Below are positions 39,387 through 47,973 of a stretch of 64,000 nt of DNA, piece after piece; the first letter of the stretch is position 1; every line of letters starts with the position of its first letter. This DNA is from Spirochaetia bacterium. Its GTDB lineage: Bacteria; Spirochaetota; Spirochaetia; SZUA-6; Bin103. A model generated the notes under the pieces. It had not been told where the DNA came from. It worked only from the letters and a program-made list of their open reading frames with translations, and searched no databases. The stretch is from assembly GCA_965208575.1 (NCBI GenBank), contig CBDBOV010000003.1, positions 780,088 to 844,087 of the forward strand, read 5' to 3'. The translations under genes and the position numbers were made by a program.

Positions 39387-40244
39387 ATGCCTGACACTGA
39401 CAACTGGCAACCGCGCGTCGAGAACGGCTGCCTGTTCATCGACGATACCGGGTTGGGCCGGGCGGTGCTCCAGCATCACGCCCGACCCGGTATCGGCGCC
39501 TACATTCATCCGCTACGCATCGGTCCCCGGCACCTGTGCCTTACCGCGGACAGCCCGTGGCACCACCCGCATCAGCACGGTATCCAGACCCGCTTCGTCG
39601 GCATCGACGGCAGCGACTTCTGGCACTTCCCCGGTCAGCGCCCCGGCCAGACCCTGGGCCGAATCAACCCCGGGCTGCCGCGCATCGTCGGCACCGCTCC
39701 GCCGCGCTGGGTGATCGAGGCGCTCTGGCAGCACGCCGACGGACGCCATGTGCTGGCCGACTGCCAGGAGTGGCAGCTCGGGCGCGAAGGAGACCTGCTG
39801 CTGCTCGACCTGGAGTGGACGCTGCGCGCGATCCCGGACATACGCATCGAACCGTACCTGTACGGCGGCCTGTACGTGCGCATGCCGTACCACCGCCACC
39901 TCGGCGCCCAGGTGGTCACCTCCACCGGCAATCGGGACGGCGACGCCGAGCAGCAGCCGGCGGCGTGGGTGGACGTGCACATGCCGATCGACCAGGCGTG
40001 GCGCGGCGACGACGCACCGGCCAGCGCCGGCATCGCGGTGTTCGACCATCCCGGCAATCCTGGCCACCCTGTCCAGTGGCGCGTCGATGGCCAGTTCGGG
40101 ATCAACCCGGCGCCCAGCATAGCGGGGGCCATCGACCTCGCCGCGGGCAGCGCGCTGCACCTCCGCTACCGCCTGCTGGCCCACGAAGGGCCACTCCCGC
40201 CCGCCCGGATCGCCGACCTGTGGGGGCGCTACGCAGCAGGTTAG
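39387..40244 (+). CDS. PmoA/DUF6807-like beta-sandwich protein
   Basis: YIHPL, HHPHQHG, DFW, YGGLYVR, DHPGNP, W.V, LRYRLLAH. Confidence 0.65.
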   Translation: MPDTDNWQPRVENGCLFIDDTGLGRAVLQHHARPGIGAYIHPLRIGPRHLCLTADSPWHHPHQHGIQTRFVGIDGSDFWHFPGQRPGQTLGRINPGLPRIVGTAPPRWVIEALWQHADGRHVLADCQEWQLGREGDLLLLDLEWTLRAIPDIRIEPYLYGGLYVRMPYHRHLGAQVVTSTGNRDGDAEQQPAAWVDVHMPIDQAWRGDDAPASAGIAVFDHPGNPGHPVQWRVDGQFGINPAPSIAGAIDLAAGSALHLRYRLLAHEGPLPPARIADLWGRYAAG

Positions 40245-40279
40245 CCGCACGCCTCCGCAGCCCGCGAGTGCGAATCGGT

Positions 40280-40309
40280 TTGACCGCGGCGCCGGCCGCG
40301 TGGTAGTTT
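40280..40309 (+). promoter_or_regulatory. Sigma70 promoter of the rplU operon
   Basis: TTGACC-N18-TAGTTT with an extended TG motif. Confidence 0.6.
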
Positions 40310-40315
40310 GACCCC

Positions 40316-40358
40316 CGAGATTCGAGACGGCGAACGAGATTCGAGACGGCGAGATTCG
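40316..40358 (+). repeat. Direct repeats in the rplU 5' leader
   Basis: CGAGATTCGAGACGG at 40316 and 40335; partial CGAGATTCG at 40350. Confidence 0.75.
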
Positions 40359-40379
40359 GGAAAAGAGCGATTTGCAGCG

Positions 40380-40694
40380 ATGTACGCGTTGGTAGAAATT
40401 CAGGGTCGGCAGTATCGGGTGCGTGAGGGAATGCACGTCACGGTGGAACGCATGGCGGGGATCGGCGAAACGGTTGAGTTGAACAACGTGCTGCTGGTGG
40501 CGGCAGACGGCGAAACCAGGATCGGGCGTCCGCACGTGCCCGGAGCGAAGGTCACGGCCACGCTCGCGGATCATCCGCGCGGGCCCAAGGTGATTGTCTA
40601 CAAGTTCCGCCGGCGCAAGAACTACCGGCGCAAGCGAGGCCATCGTCAGGCGTTGACGCGGCTGCGCATCGAGAAGATCGAAGCCGGCACCTGA
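40380..40694 (+). CDS. rplU: 50S ribosomal protein L21
   Basis: MYALVEIQGRQYRV...KFRRRKNYRRKRGHRQ. Confidence 0.96.
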   Translation: MYALVEIQGRQYRVREGMHVTVERMAGIGETVELNNVLLVAADGETRIGRPHVPGAKVTATLADHPRGPKVIVYKFRRRKNYRRKRGHRQALTRLRIEKIEAGT

Positions 40695-40756
40695 GGCTCG
40701 AAGCCGGCACCTGAGGCTCGAAGCCGGTGCCTGAAGCTCGAAGCCGGTGCCTGAGG
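40678..40756 (+). repeat. Four 20-nt tandem repeats spanning the rplU stop and the rplU-rpmA spacer
   Basis: TCGAAGCCGGCACCTGAGGC x2, TCGAAGCCGGTGCCTGAAGC, TCGAAGCCGGTGCCTGAGG. Confidence 0.9.
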
Positions 40757-40766
40757 AGAGAACAGC

Positions 40767-41021
40767 GTGGCACACAAGAAGGGCGGAGGAAGCTCGCGCA
40801 ATGGGCGCGATTCCCGCGGCAAGCGTCTTGGCGTCAAGCGCTACGGCGGCGAGCAGGTTGCCGCGGGGACCATCCTGGTGCGCCAGCGCGGCACCACGAT
40901 GCATGCCGGGGAGAATGTCGGCGTGGGTCGCGACTACACCCTGTACGCCCGCGTTGGCGGCACGGTGGTGTACAAGAGCCGGCTCGGACGCAAGTTGGTC
41001 GCGATCGAACCGCTCGCCTGA
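40767..41021 (+). CDS. rpmA: 50S ribosomal protein L27
   Basis: [22 protein letters not shown]...RQRGT. Confidence 0.97.
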   Translation: MAHKKGGGSSRNGRDSRGKRLGVKRYGGEQVAAGTILVRQRGTTMHAGENVGVGRDYTLYARVGGTVVYKSRLGRKLVAIEPLA

Positions 41022-41064
41022 GTCGCAGCGGGAGCGACTTCCAAACGACAGGTCAGGAGCTGGC

Positions 41065-42183
41065 GTGGCGCGGGTCGGAACGAGATTCGTCGACCGAACG
41101 GTGATCACCGTCAGTTCCGGAAGCGGCGGCGGCGGCGCGGTATCGTTCCGCAGGGAAAAGTACGTTCCGCGCGGCGGGCCGGACGGCGGCGACGGTGGCC
41201 GCGGCGGCGACGTGGTGTTCACGGTCCGGCACAACGTGCACACGCTCGCCCACCTGGCCGGCCGCCACCACTACCGGGCCGAGGACGGCGCGCCGGGCAG
41301 GCGCCGCCGGCAGCACGGGGCGGACGGCAAGTCGGTTCGCATTGCGGTGCCGCCGGGCACGCTGGTGCGCGATGCCGACAGCGGCGAGGTGCTGCACGAC
41401 CTGGCCGGCCGCGACGACGAGTGGCTGTGCCTGCAGGGGGGTGCCGGCGGCGCCGGCAACGTGCGTTTCGCCAACTCGGTACGGCGGGCGCCGCGCTTCG
41501 CCACGCCGGGCCGGCCGGGACGCGTGCTGCAGGTGCGGCTGGAACTGCGCAGCATCGCCGACGTCGGTTTCGTTGGCCTGCCGAACGCCGGCAAGTCGAC
41601 GTTGCTCGCCGCGCTGACCAACGCGCGCCCGAAAGTCGCCGCCTACCCGTTTACCACCATCGTGCCCGGACTCGGCACCATGCGCGTGAATGACGCCGCG
41701 GCATTCGCGGACGGCGGCGCGGAGCCGGAGCGGGAAGCGCCGCCGCTGCCCGGCGGCGCACACGGCGGCGCGGGCCGCGGCACCGCGCGCCCGGCGCCCG
41801 CGGCCGGTTGGCACGCACCTTCGGAGGTGGTGCTCGCGGACATTCCGGGCATCGTCGCCGGCGCATCCGGCGGCACCGGCCTCGGCTTGCAGTTCCTGGA
41901 CCACATCGCGCGAGCGCGCCTGCTCGCCTACGTCATCGACCTCACCGACGACGGCGACCCGCTCGCCACCCTGGAGGCGGAATTGCGCGCGTACGACGCG
42001 TCGCTGATCGACCGGCCGCGCCTCCTGGTGGGCACCAAGCAGGACCTGGACACCGACGGCAGGCTGCGCCGCCGGCTGCGGATGCGCTGCCCGGACGACG
42101 AGGTAGTGGCGGTGTCCGCCCACGACGGTTCCGGCCTGTCCGATCTGCGCAGCGCACTCGGCCGGCTCGCGCGCGCCGCGTGA
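41065..42183 (+). CDS. obgE: GTPase ObgE/CgtA
   Basis: FRREKYVPRGGPDGGDGG, GLPNAGKST, YPFTT, DIPG, TKQD. Confidence 0.95.
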   Translation: MARVGTRFVDRTVITVSSGSGGGGAVSFRREKYVPRGGPDGGDGGRGGDVVFTVRHNVHTLAHLAGRHHYRAEDGAPGRRRRQHGADGKSVRIAVPPGTLVRDADSGEVLHDLAGRDDEWLCLQGGAGGAGNVRFANSVRRAPRFATPGRPGRVLQVRLELRSIADVGFVGLPNAGKSTLLAALTNARPKVAAYPFTTIVPGLGTMRVNDAAAFADGGAEPEREAPPLPGGAHGGAGRGTARPAPAAGWHAPSEVVLADIPGIVAGASGGTGLGLQFLDHIARARLLAYVIDLTDDGDPLATLEAELRAYDASLIDRPRLLVGTKQDLDTDGRLRRRLRMRCPDDEVVAVSAHDGSGLSDLRSALGRLARAA

Positions 42184-42821
42184 GGCCGGCGGGTGCGGCC
42201 GATGGCGTCGGTCCGTCCGTCGGCGCCGCGCCCGCACGCCCGCGGGTGGCGCTGCTCGGCGGTTCGTTCGATCCCGTGCACGTCGGCCACCTGCACATCG
42301 CGGAGGTCGTCCTGGCGCGCGCCGGCTACGACCGCGTGCTGTTCGTGCCGGCCCACCTGCCGTCGCACAAACCGGCGGCGCGCCTGGCCGCCGCCGCGCA
42401 TCGCGTGCGCATGCTGCAGCTTGCGGTTGCCGGAAACGAACGGCTGGCGGTCAGCGACGTGGAGGTACGGCGCGGCGGCGTATCGTACACCGTCGACACG
42501 GTGCGCGAACTGCAGGCGCGCGGCGTGATCGGCGAGCGTCCGGGGCTGGTCGTAGGCGACGACCTGGGCGCCGATCTCGACACCTGGCGGGAGGCGGCCG
42601 CGCTGTTCGGCATGGTTGAGTTGCTGGTGGCGCGCCGCCGGCGGTCGCCGCTGCCGCTCTCATGGCCGCACCGTGTGCTGGCCAACCACCGGCTGCCGAT
42701 CTCCTCCTCGGAGCTGCGCCGGCGCGTCGGTGCCGGTCAGGTGATACGAGCCCTGGTGCCGGACGCGGTGGAAGCATACATTCGGGAGCACAGGCTGTAT
42801 GGCTGCTCGCCGCGAGGCTAG
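42180..42821 (+). CDS. nadD: Nicotinate-nucleotide adenylyltransferase
   Basis: GGSFDPVHVGH, SYTVDT, ISSSELR; GTG overlaps the obgE stop. Confidence 0.92.
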   Translation: MRPAGAADGVGPSVGAAPARPRVALLGGSFDPVHVGHLHIAEVVLARAGYDRVLFVPAHLPSHKPAARLAAAAHRVRMLQLAVAGNERLAVSDVEVRRGGVSYTVDTVRELQARGVIGERPGLVVGDDLGADLDTWREAAALFGMVELLVARRRRSPLPLSWPHRVLANHRLPISSSELRRRVGAGQVIRALVPDAVEAYIREHRLYGCSPRG

Positions 42822-42827
42822 TCCGCC

Positions 42828-44021
42828 ATGCGTGTGAGTGGCGGCCGCAGCGGGCGCCGCGATTACAGCTACCTCCTGCTGTTGGCGATCGTGGCGCTGC
42901 TCGCGGCAACCGCGGTGTTCGCCGCCACCCGGCTGCGCACCGACGAGGTGTCCCGGTGGCTGGAAGAGCATGATCTCCTGGTCGGCCTGGTCGTGATCTC
43001 CGACCCGCGCCACCGCATCGCCGTGGAGGTGCTCCTGATCGATCCCCATACCGACCGCGCCGGGCTGCTGTTCATTCCCGGCAACGTCGGCGCCCTGATC
43101 GCCAGCCGCAACCGCATGGACGCACTGGAGACCATCTACCGCGACGGCGACGTGGCGCCACTGCGCGACAAGGTGGAGGAACTGCTCGGCGTGGCGCCGA
43201 TGTACGTGCTCGAAATTACCGGCGACCGCATGCGCGACCTGGTGGATCTGCTCGGTGGCGTCGAGGTGTTCGTGCCCGATCCGGTCGACCAGGAGGACGC
43301 CGAGGGCCGCGTGCTGCTGCCGGCGGGCGCGGTGCTTCTGGATGGCGACAAGGCGCTGGAGTACCTGCGCTACCAGGCGGCCGACGAACCCGACGTGGAG
43401 TGGGCCGCCCGCGTCCACCGCCTGATGCAGGCGGCGCTGCGCGCGGTCGGCGAGCAGCGCCGGATGCTGCTGCATGCGGACGTGCAGCGCTACCTGCACC
43501 AGCGCCTTGGCAACGACCTGACGCAGGCCGGATTCGCTACCCTGCTGGCATCGCTCACCGAGATCGACAGCGAACGGATGATCTTCCAGTACACGGTCGG
43601 CCAGCCGCAGACGGTCGACGGGCGCACGCTCATTTTCCCGCACTACGACGGCGCCCTGTTGCGCGAGGCGGTGACGCAGGTGGTGGCCGCGCTGGTCAGC
43701 GGCCAGGCGGACTCGGTGGCGTCGGCCACCGTGGAGATTCTGAACGGCTCCGGAGTGACCGGCCTGGCGCGCGGCGCCGCACCGGTGCTGCAGAGTTTCG
43801 GGTTCCGGGTGGCGCGGGTCGCCAATGCCGATCATCATGGCTACGCGGCCACCGAGGTGATCGACCGCCGCGGCCGGCTGGAGGTGGCGCAGCGGGTGGC
43901 GGACTTGATGGAGTGCGGGACCGCGCGCACCGAACCGCATGGCGAGGCGGAGGCGGACAGCGAGATAGACGTGACCGTGATTCTGGGAGGTGATTTCAAC
44001 GGAAGATCCTGTACCGAATAG
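42828..44021 (+). CDS. LCP (LytR-CpsA-Psr) family protein with LytR_C domain
   Basis: N-terminal TM, DLVDLLGGVEV, LDGDKALEY, C-terminal VEILNGSGVTGLA...NAD...DVTVILGGD. Confidence 0.88.
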   Translation: MRVSGGRSGRRDYSYLLLLAIVALLAATAVFAATRLRTDEVSRWLEEHDLLVGLVVISDPRHRIAVEVLLIDPHTDRAGLLFIPGNVGALIASRNRMDALETIYRDGDVAPLRDKVEELLGVAPMYVLEITGDRMRDLVDLLGGVEVFVPDPVDQEDAEGRVLLPAGAVLLDGDKALEYLRYQAADEPDVEWAARVHRLMQAALRAVGEQRRMLLHADVQRYLHQRLGNDLTQAGFATLLASLTEIDSERMIFQYTVGQPQTVDGRTLIFPHYDGALLREAVTQVVAALVSGQADSVASATVEILNGSGVTGLARGAAPVLQSFGFRVARVANADHHGYAATEVIDRRGRLEVAQRVADLMECGTARTEPHGEAEADSEIDVTVILGGDFNGRSCTE

Positions 44022-44478
44022 ACCCGCCGCAGCGGACAGCGGCCGAGCAACAGGCCGGGCGGCGGATTCGGACGATCGGCCCGCCGATGCCCCGGCGACA
44101 CCGGGAGCGTTCGGCGAGGACGCCGTTCGCGCGCTGGCGCGCCTGCTCGCCGACCACCGCTGCGAGAACCCGGTGATCCTGGACATCGCCGCGGTCAGCG
44201 ACGTGGCAGACTACTTCGTGATCGCGACCGTGCGCAGCTCAACCCATCTCGCCGGCGTGTACGGCTACCTGATGCAGTACTGCAAGGAACAGGGCCTGGA
44301 GCCGCTGGGCGGCTCCAGGCGGGTGGCGAACAACCCGTGGCTGCTGGTGGATCTCGGACCGGTGGTAGTGCACCTGATGGAACACGAAACGCGCGAGTAC
44401 TACGAACTGGAGAGGCTCTGGTTCAACGGGCGTCCCGTACCCGTCCGATCACCGGTCGACGGTGGGCCGGCGGAGTGA
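43990..44478 (+). CDS. rsfS: Ribosome silencing factor (start uncertain)
   Basis: ADYFVIAT, WLLVDLGPVVVHLM...REYYELERLW. Confidence 0.9.
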   Translation: MISTEDPVPNRPAAADSGRATGRAADSDDRPADAPATPGAFGEDAVRALARLLADHRCENPVILDIAAVSDVADYFVIATVRSSTHLAGVYGYLMQYCKEQGLEPLGGSRRVANNPWLLVDLGPVVVHLMEHETREYYELERLWFNGRPVPVRSPVDGGPAE

Positions 44479-44503
44479 CGTTGCGCCGCGGTCGGACCGC
44501 CGG

Positions 44504-44890
44504 TCAGAACTCCTCCAGGTCGAGCTCGTCGTCGTCCGTATCGTCGAGGTTTTCGTCCAGTCCGTCGTCGTCATCGTCATCGTCATCGAAAATGGCATCG
44601 ACGAATCCGTCATCGTCGGCGTCATCTTCGCCGTCGTCGCCGTCGTCATCGTCGTCGTCGTCATCGTCGTCGAAGTCATCCGTTTCGTCGTCGAGGTCGT
44701 CCTCCTGGAATCCCTCGTCATCGAGGTCGTCATCGTCCAGTTCGTCGTCGAAGTCGTCCTCGAACTCGTCCAGATCCTCGAGATCGGTTCCGTAGACCGT
44801 GAGCTTGCGGTAACCGAGCGGGCGATAGCCGAGACTGGCGCCCGGCTGACCCGAAGCGGCGAGCGGCATTGCCGTCACATACCGAGACAA
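44504..44890 (-). CDS. Small, extremely acidic (Asp/Glu-rich) hypothetical protein, about 128 aa
   Basis: GGAGG RBS 5 nt before TTG 44890. The C-terminal ~93 aa are about two-thirds D/E with varied synonymous codons. Upstream TTGACA...TATAGT promoter. Confidence 0.65.
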   Translation of the reverse strand: MSRYVTAMPLAASGQPGASLGYRPLGYRKLTVYGTDLEDLDEFEDDFDDELDDDDLDDEGFQEDDLDDETDDFDDDDDDDDDDGDDGEDDADDDGFVDAIFDDDDDDDDGLDENLDDTDDDELDLEEF

Positions 44891-44948
44891 GTGTTCCTCC
44901 CCACCATCGTTCAGCAATGTTGGTCGCCACGTTGAGTGGCGATGGCGC

Positions 44949-44979
44949 ACTATAGAATCCCTCCGCGCGGTTGTGTCAA
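44949..44979 (-). promoter_or_regulatory. Sigma70-like promoter for the acidic protein (19-nt spacer)
   Basis: Minus strand TTGACA (44979-44974), N19, TATAGT (44954-44949). Confidence 0.55.
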
Positions 44980-45178
44980 CGGCCACTTCGGCAAAGCACG
45001 TGCTCCCGCGCGGCGGCCGCGGCCGGCCCGGCGAGCGCGCGAGCGTCGAAGCACTGGACAGCGGCGGCACGGAAAACTAATATTACGGCGTTGACCGTGC
45101 TCCTGGGCGTCTGCGGTGGGTGTTGCAGGCGGTGGGTCGCGGCGGTCGCCGGGCAGCGTGGTTCCCGCGGAGGACCCA

Positions 45179-45472
45179 GTGGAGATCACCGACATTCGCA
45201 TTACGCGCAACGCGGTCGCCGGCAAGCTTCTGGCGTACGTCTCTGCCACGTTCGACCACTGCTTTGTGGTGCACAACATCAAGATCATCCTCGGGCGCGG
45301 CGGCCCGTTTGTGGCGATGCCGAGCCGCAAGACGCAGAGCGGTCGCTACCGGGACATAGCACACCCCATCACCGCGGCGTTTCGCGACGTGTTGCAGACG
45401 CGGATCCTCGATGACTACCGGCGCAGCGAGGAGTCTGCCGACGCCGGCCCGGAACCGGGCCCGGAGGAGTGA
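45179..45472 (+). CDS. spoVG: SpoVG family nucleic-acid-binding regulator
   Basis: EITDIRI...ATFDHCFVVHNIKII...FVAMPSRK...YRDIAHPI; GGAGG RBS. Confidence 0.93.
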   Translation: MEITDIRITRNAVAGKLLAYVSATFDHCFVVHNIKIILGRGGPFVAMPSRKTQSGRYRDIAHPITAAFRDVLQTRILDDYRRSEESADAGPEPGPEE

Positions 45473-45518
45473 GGGATGTTCACGGCGAGCGCGCCCGTGC
45501 CAGAATGGCGGCTCCCGT

Positions 45519-45590
45519 TGGGACGTCGGCAAGTGGTAAGCCACCGGTTTTTGGTACCGGCACTCGCAGGTTCGAATCCTGCCGTCCCAG
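45519..45590 (+). tRNA. tRNA-Gln(TTG), CCA not encoded
   Basis: Acceptor TGGGACG/CGTCCCA, anticodon arm CCGGT-TT-TTG-GT-ACCGG, T-loop GTTCGAATC. Confidence 0.95.
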
Positions 45591-45675
45591 TATGCGAGAC
45601 GAGCCGTCCGCCCGGCGCCGCCGCGGCATGAGCCGGCGCGGCGTCTGAAACCATACAACGAAACAGGAGCCTGAC

Positions 45676-46296
45676 ATGTCCGATCGAAGCCTGTCCGCCG
45701 AGTTGCGAACCCAGACCAAGAAGGGAGCGGCGCGCCGCCTGCGCCGCGCGGGCCGCATTCCCGCCGTGATGTACGGGCATCGCGACCCGCTGCTGCTGAG
45801 CATCGATGCGCGCGAGTTCGCACGCAAGTTTCAGCGCATCTCCGAGAGCACCATCATTCACCTGTCGGCCGGGGGCGACACGTACGACGTGCTCGTCAAG
45901 GACTTCCAGATCGACCACATCATCGAGCGGCTCGATCACATCGATTTCTTCGAGATCGAACGCGGGCGGGTGCTGCGCGCGCGGGTGCTGTTGCACTTTG
46001 TCGGCAACCCGGTCGGCGTGCGCGAGGGCGGCCTGCAGGAGTTGCTCGTGCACGAGGTCGAGGTGGAGAGTCTGCCCCGCGACCTGCCCGAGGAGATCGA
46101 CGTCGATATCGAACACCTCGGCGTGGGGCAATCGTTCCACGTCAGCGACCTGGTAGTTCCCGACGGCGTGCGCGTGCTCACTTCCCGGGACCAGGTGATC
46201 GCACTGATCGCCCACAAGGTGGAAGAAGTCGATGAAGAGGAAGACGAGGTGGACGAAGAGGCGGCCCTGGAAGGCGAGGTCGACGAGGAGGAGTAG
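45676..46296 (+). CDS. rplY: 50S ribosomal protein L25/Ctc
   Basis: ARRLRRAGRIPAVMYG, HIDF, GVREGG, acidic tail. Confidence 0.95.
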   Translation: MSDRSLSAELRTQTKKGAARRLRRAGRIPAVMYGHRDPLLLSIDAREFARKFQRISESTIIHLSAGGDTYDVLVKDFQIDHIIERLDHIDFFEIERGRVLRARVLLHFVGNPVGVREGGLQELLVHEVEVESLPRDLPEEIDVDIEHLGVGQSFHVSDLVVPDGVRVLTSRDQVIALIAHKVEEVDEEEDEVDEEAALEGEVDEEE

Positions 46297-46342
46297 CGCC
46301 GCCCGCCGCCTGCCGCATGCCGCGGCCGGCGGGGCGTAGCCG

Positions 46343-46924
46343 ATGGCGCTGGTACTGCTCGGTCTCGGGAACCCCGGCCGCCGCTACGCGCGCAGCCGCC
46401 ACAACGCGGGCTTTCAGGTGGCGGAGTGTCTGGCCGCTCGTTTCGGGCAGCGGTTGAAGCGCCGGCGGCACCGCAACTACGCGCTCGCGCACCTGCAGGT
46501 CGCCGGTACGCGGCTCACCGTGGTGCAGCCGCACACCTACATGAACGGGTCCGGGGACATCGTCAAGCCGGTGCTGTCGGAGTGCGGAGCCGGCGTGCCG
46601 GAGCTGGTGGTGGTGTGCGACACCATGGACCTGGCGCCGGGCGCGAGCCGGCTGCGGTTGTCCGGCTCGTCCGCCGGCAACCGCGGGCTGGCCTCGGTGC
46701 TGCGCGTGTTGCGGACCGACGACGTGAAGCGGATCTACCTCGGCGTCGGCCGCCCGCTGCCGGGTGTTGCGGTGATCGACCACGTACTGAGCAGGCCGGC
46801 GCCGGCCGACGCGCGGGCCATAGCGGAGGCGGTGGAGCGGGTCTGCGACCACGTCGGCCTGCTGCTGGCGGGCGACTACCAGGGCGCCATGAACCGGATC
46901 AATCAACGCTCCGCAACGGCTTGA
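46343..46924 (+). CDS. pth: Peptidyl-tRNA hydrolase
   Basis: GLGNPG..YA.SRHNAGF, TYMNGSG, GVGRP. Confidence 0.92.
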   Translation: MALVLLGLGNPGRRYARSRHNAGFQVAECLAARFGQRLKRRRHRNYALAHLQVAGTRLTVVQPHTYMNGSGDIVKPVLSECGAGVPELVVVCDTMDLAPGASRLRLSGSSAGNRGLASVLRVLRTDDVKRIYLGVGRPLPGVAVIDHVLSRPAPADARAIAEAVERVCDHVGLLLAGDYQGAMNRINQRSATA

Positions 46925-47973
46925 ACGCGACCCGCGGCACAGCGTCCGACCCCGTTGCCGCGGCGCGCGCCGTGCTGCGCGAGGCCGCCTTGCCGCGCCC
47001 GTGCACGGTGGTGGCGGCCATGTCCGGGGGAGCGGACTCCGCCGCCCTGGCGCTGGTGCTGACCCACCTGTCGGCAGAGCTGGAGATGCGCGTGGTGGGC
47101 GCCCACTACGATCACGGCATTCGCGACGCAGCGTCGCGGGCCGCGGAGCGGGCCGCGGTTCGGGAGCAATGCGCGCGCCTCGGGGTGGCGCTGCGCGAGG
47201 GCGGCGCCGGTGACGGCGAGCTGCGCGAACGGCGGCGCGCCACCGGGCGCAGCCTGGAGGAGCTTGCGCGCGAGCGGCGCTACGCCTTTCTGATGACGGT
47301 CGCGGCGAGCTGCGGCGCCGCGGCGGTGGCCGTGGGGCATCATCTCGACGACAACCTGGAGACCATCCTGATGCGGGCGCTGCAGGGCAGCCTGCGCGGA
47401 GGCGGCATCGCCGCGAGCAGCGGGCCGGTGCTGCGCCCGCTGCTCGGCGTGCGGCGCGAGGCACTGCGCCGCTGCGTGGCGGCGGCCCGGCTGCCGGTCA
47501 TGGAGGACCCCAGCAACGCCGACCCGGCGATGCTGCGCAACCGGGTGCGCGAGCTGCTGCCGGCGCTGGAAGCGGCGGTGCCGGGCACGGCACGCAATCT
47601 TCCCCGGCTGGCGTACGGCAGCGCCGCCGCGTGGCGCGAACTGGTCGCCCGGTCGCGGCGCGCGGTGCCGTGGCGCTACGCCCGCGATGCGCGCTGGGGC
47701 AGCCACTACCGGGTCGCGGCGCGCTTGTTCTGGGGCGCGCCGCCGGACGTACGCGAGGCCGCCCTGTACCAGGCCTGGGACGCCGTCACCAGCCGCGGCC
47801 TCAGCGCCCGGCGCGACCGGGCGCGGCTGCCGCGCCGTTTCCTGCAGCCGCTGCTCGCGGTCCGCGTACCACCGCGCCGCCTGCTCACCGCGGGCCACGG
47901 GGTGTGCATCGCCTGCGACCTGCGCACGGTCGTGGTGGCGCGCCGGCGCGCCGCGCCGCCGGATGCGCAATGA
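46921..47973 (+). CDS. tilS: tRNA(Ile)-lysidine synthetase (short, lacks canonical C-terminal domains)
   Basis: SGGADS PP-loop, HYDHGIR, LEELARERRY, GHHLDD..ET, RPLL, EDPSN, RNRVR; TTG overlaps the pth stop. Confidence 0.9.
   Translation: MNATRGTASDPVAAARAVLREAALPRPCTVVAAMSGGADSAALALVLTHLSAELEMRVVGAHYDHGIRDAASRAAERAAVREQCARLGVALREGGAGDGELRERRRATGRSLEELARERRYAFLMTVAASCGAAAVAVGHHLDDNLETILMRALQGSLRGGGIAASSGPVLRPLLGVRREALRRCVAAARLPVMEDPSNADPAMLRNRVRELLPALEAAVPGTARNLPRLAYGSAAAWRELVARSRRAVPWRYARDARWGSHYRVAARLFWGAPPDVREAALYQAWDAVTSRGLSARRDRARLPRRFLQPLLAVRVPPRRLLTAGHGVCIACDLRTVVVARRRAAPPDAQ

Noticed and set aside
40678-40756. 20-nt repeats as a mini CRISPR array
   Set aside because: The repeats are contiguous with no spacers, there are no cas genes, and the unit derives from the rplU 3' end.
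44337-44935. Poly-Ser and poly-Val/Ile ORFs on the plus strand
   Set aside because: Shadows of the acidic minus-strand ORF, which has the RBS and promoter.
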